DNA of 64,000 nucleotides from Pseudomonadota bacterium (GTDB lineage Bacteria; Myxococcota; JACRCW01; JAFGSX01): NCBI GenBank assembly GCA_043821645.1, contig JBDRCO010000043.1, positions 1 to 64,000 of the forward strand, read 5' to 3'. Shown piece by piece: positions 59,929 to 64,000 of this stretch (position 1 is its first letter; each line of letters starts with the position of its first letter). The notes under the pieces were generated by a model. It saw only the letters and a program-made list of their open reading frames with translations, ran no database searches and was not told where the DNA came from. The position numbers and the translations under genes were made by a program.

Positions 59929-62900
59929 ATGACACGACATATCGCATGGACCCTGATGCTGGGGACGAGCCTGGTCTCGCTGAGCTGCGACGACAGGCCC
60001 TTTGTCACGGCCGTGGACCTGCCGCTGCAGGTCATCGCGCTGACACCGGGACACCAGGCCACGCGTGTGGGCCGGGACAGCACAGTGACCGCGGTCTTCA
60101 ACCTCGACCTGGTGCCAACCAGCGTCGAGAACAGCGCCAACTTCTACCTGGAGGCCCTGCCCGAAGGTGAAGCGCCGCTGCGCATCGAGGCCACCATCGT
60201 TTATCAGGGGGCGAGTGGAGACACGGCGCCCCGGGCCGTGCTCACGCCCGCGGTGCTGCTCGACTACTCCAGGCGCTACCGCGTCACCCTGGGGACCGGG
60301 ATCCAGCGCCAGGCCGACGAGGATCAAAACCTCCCGGCAGGACAGCTGCCGGTGCAGGTCCAGGCCGTGTTCACCACGGAAGATCCACCGCCGCTGCTGC
60401 TCGTCTCGGCGCAACCGGGAGCAGGTGTGGTCGGCGTGGCACGCGCAGCCCAGCTGACCCTGACCTTCAGCGAGCCCTTGAACTGCGATTCCCTCGAGGC
60501 TGGCGTGCAGGTGCTGGAACAGTTCGATGGGCATCCGCACACCAGCGCCGCCGACCGCAGCGTCCCGGGACAGTGGGATTGCCGGGAGCCGGCAGACCCC
60601 GAAGACAGCTCCTGCGAGAATGGGCAATGCAGCGCCGTGTTCACGCCTGGGCAGGCTTTCGCCTACTCCTCGACCCTCCGGGTGCGTTTGAGCGGAGGCC
60701 GCCGTGACGACGGCGCCATCGAGAGTTTCCGCGCCACGGCCAGCGGCGGCCAGCTCCCGGCCAGCATCGAGGTCGCCTTCGTCGTGGAGCACCCCGACCC
60801 GCTGGCGCTGATCGCGCTCAGCCCGGGCCCCGATACCGAGCAGGTCCCCCTGGATGCGGTGATCGCGGCCGGCTTCTCCGAGGCGCTGGAGTGCGGCACG
60901 GTCAACCTCGACACGGTGCACGTGGCCATGCTGCGCGACCCTCTGCGCGGCGGTGATCGCATCGATCTCACCGGCACCATCAGCTGCAGTGGCGACGAGA
61001 TGCTGGGCTTCGAAGCAGATATCGACTTTGACTGGTCGGCTCAGATCGAGCTGACCCTGGCCGGGGGTGCCTTCGTGGCCAGCAGCTACCCCGGCGATGC
61101 CATCGAGAGCGCCCGGGCCACCTCGCAGGGCGGTCAGCTGGCGGACGACGTGGTGATGCGTTTTTGGGCCCTGGATCCCCCCGCCTTGAGCGTGCTGTCC
61201 ACCACCCCGGGCGCGGGTGCCCAGGATGTGGCCGTGGACAGCCACGTCACCGTCGTGTTCAGCGAGGCCATCGCCTGCGACTCGGTACAGGCTGCGGTGT
61301 CCGACACCTCGCTGCACGTGACCGAGCTCGCAGACGATGGCAGCGCGATCCTGCACACGGTGGACCTTGTGTCCTGCGCCGGCGCCACCCTGGAGCTGGA
61401 TGGCGTGCCGGACTACAGCCTCAGTGGCGTCGTCACCTGGACCCTCCCCGCGACCCTGGCCTCGCTGCGCGCCACCAGCCGTGGCGGTCATCTGGACGGC
61501 GGCTACAGCTTCAGCTTCCGGGCACAAGACCCGCCACCGCTGCGCGTGCTGTCGACGAACCCCGCCGCCGGTGCTGAGGGGGTCTCGCTGGACGCCAACA
61601 TCACCCTGACCTTCAGCGAGCCCGTGAACTGCGCCACGGTCCAGGCCGCGATCTCCGACACCACCCTGCACCTGGCCGAGGTCGACGACCAGGGCGGCAG
61701 CGTGGCGCACACGCTGGCACTGCTGTCGTGCAGTGACGCCACCGTGGTGCTGGATCCCGCGCCCTCGTTCACCCTCTCCGGCCTGGTCACGGTGACCGTT
61801 CCGGCGACGCTGGCGTCCCTGCGCCAGACCAGCCACGGTGGCACCCTCGAGGGTGGTGTCGTCTTCGGCTTCCGGGCCGCGGATCCCCCGCCGTTGCTGG
61901 TCACCAGCACCTTCCCGGGAGGTGGCGCCACCACCGCAGATCTGGGCACCGATCTGGTCGTCACCTTCAGCGAGGCCATCGACTGCAGCACGGTGGAAGT
62001 TGCGGGCATCATCATCCAGGAGACGCTGGACGACGGCAGCATCGACAGTGGTCACAGTGTCACCATCACAGCCTGCAGCGCTGCGGTGCTTCGGCTCGAC
62101 CTGGCCCGCGACCTCCAGCTGTCGTCGACGGTGGTGGTGAGCCTGCCCGAGGCCATCCGCTCGGCCCGGGCCACCAGCCGCGGCGGCAGCCTGGCCGGTG
62201 GCTACACCTGGGTCTTCGGCACCGCCAACCCCCCCGCTCTGCTGGTGGTGTACACCTCACCGGGTGACGGGAACATCCTGGTGCCCGTCGACAAGGTGAT
62301 CCAGATTCGCTTCAGCGAGGGGCTCGACCCGGCCACCGTGAACGAGACCAGCGTCGTGATCGAGGACGTCACCGACGCCATGGCCGTGGTCAGGCTGTGC
62401 GACAGCGCGGCCGGACGCACCTGCCAGTATGCCCTCAGCGACGGCGACACCACGATCACGGTGACACCAGCCAGCGACTTTGCCTTCGATCACCGCATCC
62501 GCTTCACCCTGACCTCTGCCCTGGCCAGCGCGCGTTCAACGAGCCAGGGCGGTTTTCTGGGCCTCGATCTGGTCTACACCTTCGAGACCACGCCGGTACC
62601 GCCCATCGAGGTGGTGAGCCTGGTCCCACCGCCGGGCAGCGCCAGCATTCCGCTGCGGCCCCTGATCTCGGTCGAGTTCAACCAGGATGTGCTGGGCTCC
62701 ACCGTCGTGGTTGGCGGCTCGCCCGCAGACCTGACCGTGTGGCTCAACCCTGGCACCGCTCCGAACGCCGGGGGCGCGGTGGCACTCACGTGCACGGGCT
62801 GCGCTTCGACCGGAACCAGCTTCAGCTTTCAGCCCAGCGTCGACCTCGTCGCGGGCAGCACCTACGTGTTCGCCATCAAGGGCAACATCAATGGTATCCG

Positions 62901-64000
62901 CGGTGCCTCGGGTGGTGCCTTCATGGTCGACGACTATCTGGCCAGCTACAGCACCAGCACCGGCACCCTGGTGTCCTTCGCCAGCCCCGCGGACATGGAG
63001 ACCGCGGTGGCGGTCCAGCGCCCGGTGTGCGTGATCTTCGTCGAGGATATCGAGCCGACCTCGATCGACAGCGACAGCTTCGCCGTCGCCTTCGTCAATG
63101 ACCTGGGTGGCCCAAGTCCGCTGCTGCCTGACCTGGGGTCGACCCCTGCGGGCTACCTGTTCGACGGCGTGGACCCGGCCACGGGCCAGCCCGACTCAGG
63201 CTACAGCAGCAACCGCGTGTGCTTCGTGCCAGGACCCGCTCTGTACGGCTGCCGTGCCATCGAAGAACTGCTGCCAGCCGGCGCAGAGATCCAGGTCCAC
63301 CTCAGCGACGACGTGATCAGCACGGGCGGCACGGCTCTCACCGGTGGCTACAGCCTCCGCTTCTTCACCGGTGGCCTCGAACACCTCGTCGCGTTTGCAC
63401 ACCGCAATACCGTGGGCGGCTCCGGTGCGCTCGAGGGCGCGCAGGAGATCCCGGTCAATGCCTCGTTCGTGCTGCAGTTCAGCGCTCCCGTCCAGGCTTC
63501 CAGCGTCGATGCCGCGCTGCAACTGGTGCGCCTGGACAGCGGCGCCGACATCCCGCTCGCGCCTGCCACCCTGGAGGCCGGCGACACCGTGGCCGTGGTG
63601 CAGGCCAGCGCCTTGATGCCCTACCTCGGCACGCTTCCCGAAGGCCTGGAACTTCGTGTCACCGGCGGCGCCGAGGGCGTGCGCATGGCCGACGGGCTCT
63701 ACCTGGACGCGCACCGCAGCGCGCGCTTCTTCACCAGCCCGGCAACCACGGTCGCGCTGTCTCCTCCCCAGGGCGAGAACGCGTACCAGGGCATGACCAC
63801 GCCCGCCATGTTCAGCCGCCCCATGTACCTGCCCTCGCTCAACACCGGCAGCTTCTTCGCCGTGGACAACACGGATGTGGTGGCGCTGACCGCCATCGTC
63901 GCCACCGCCATCGACGATGTGGACTCCGCCGTGCTGGTCCCGGTCCCGGCCTACGTGCTGGGACATGCGATCGAGGTCACAGTGACGTCGGACGCTCGCG
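59929..64000 (+). CDS. Large lipoprotein with tandem bacterial Ig-like (Big_5/SbsA-type) domains, partial (continues past the window)
   Basis: GAGGAGG RBS, then ATG 59929 MTRHIAWTLMLGTSLVSLSC (lipobox). Frame is open to 64000 (>1350 codons). At least 10 repeats of P-x-x-V-x-x-x-x-P...(T)FSE...; absent from the ORF track because there is no stop codon in the window. Confidence 0.85.
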   Translation, partial: MTRHIAWTLMLGTSLVSLSCDDRPFVTAVDLPLQVIALTPGHQATRVGRDSTVTAVFNLDLVPTSVENSANFYLEALPEGEAPLRIEATIVYQGASGDTAPRAVLTPAVLLDYSRRYRVTLGTGIQRQADEDQNLPAGQLPVQVQAVFTTEDPPPLLLVSAQPGAGVVGVARAAQLTLTFSEPLNCDSLEAGVQVLEQFDGHPHTSAADRSVPGQWDCREPADPEDSSCENGQCSAVFTPGQAFAYSSTLRVRLSGGRRDDGAIESFRATASGGQLPASIEVAFVVEHPDPLALIALSPGPDTEQVPLDAVIAAGFSEALECGTVNLDTVHVAMLRDPLRGGDRIDLTGTISCSGDEMLGFEADIDFDWSAQIELTLAGGAFVASSYPGDAIESARATSQGGQLADDVVMRFWALDPPALSVLSTTPGAGAQDVAVDSHVTVVFSEAIACDSVQAAVSDTSLHVTELADDGSAILHTVDLVSCAGATLELDGVPDYSLSGVVTWTLPATLASLRATSRGGHLDGGYSFSFRAQDPPPLRVLSTNPAAGAEGVSLDANITLTFSEPVNCATVQAAISDTTLHLAEVDDQGGSVAHTLALLSCSDATVVLDPAPSFTLSGLVTVTVPATLASLRQTSHGGTLEGGVVFGFRAADPPPLLVTSTFPGGGATTADLGTDLVVTFSEAIDCSTVEVAGIIIQETLDDGSIDSGHSVTITACSAAVLRLDLARDLQLSSTVVVSLPEAIRSARATSRGGSLAGGYTWVFGTANPPALLVVYTSPGDGNILVPVDKVIQIRFSEGLDPATVNETSVVIEDVTDAMAVVRLCDSAAGRTCQYALSDGDTTITVTPASDFAFDHRIRFTLTSALASARSTSQGGFLGLDLVYTFETTPVPPIEVVSLVPPPGSASIPLRPLISVEFNQDVLGSTVVVGGSPADLTVWLNPGTAPNAGGAVALTCTGCASTGTSFSFQPSVDLVAGSTYVFAIKGNINGIRGASGGAFMVDDYLASYSTSTGTLVSFASPADMETAVAVQRPVCVIFVEDIEPTSIDSDSFAVAFVNDLGGPSPLLPDLGSTPAGYLFDGVDPATGQPDSGYSSNRVCFVPGPALYGCRAIEELLPAGAEIQVHLSDDVISTGGTALTGGYSLRFFTGGLEHLVAFAHRNTVGGSGALEGAQEIPVNASFVLQFSAPVQASSVDAALQLVRLDSGADIPLAPATLEAGDTVAVVQASALMPYLGTLPEGLELRVTGGAEGVRMADGLYLDAHRSARFFTSPATTVALSPPQGENAYQGMTTPAMFSRPMYLPSLNTGSFFAVDNTDVVALTAIVATAIDDVDSAVLVPVPAYVLGHAIEVTVTSDAR

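Noticed and set aside
59821-62055. 744-aa minus-strand ORF (also 63196-63966)
   Set aside because: Antisense to the Ig-repeat lipoprotein frame, which has an RBS, a lipobox and repeat structure.

Overview
This is a high-GC chromosomal segment of a Myxococcota-like deltaproteobacterium, judged from an MglC homolog with the F25/D26/I28 motif, a MYXO-CTERM protein and Cys-rich lipoproteins. Core content: tolB; an XRE-HTH gene plus pilMNOPQ, a lipoprotein, mglC, efp and accBC; gatCAB; mtnA; putA. Four accessory loci stand out. (1) A 2216-aa lipoprotein-type bacterial teneurin-like/RHS protein with an unrecognised 155-aa tail after a DPTGL motif. (2) A TPAT-type TRAP operon (tatT-dctP-dctQM) with a long-chain acyl-CoA ligase gene inserted in the middle and translationally coupled. 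(3) A sigma54 two-component locus in which two -24/-12 promoters each carry paired CGAC-N6-GTCG palindromes; its target operon encodes a Q/T/R-repeat secreted protein, a small DxDGDG protein and an outer-membrane barrel. (4) A >1350-aa tandem Ig-like (Big_5-type) lipoprotein that runs off the window end and is missing from the ORF track. I saw no rRNA, tRNA, CRISPR array, transposase or integrase. All family calls come from motif recognition by eye; no searches were run.
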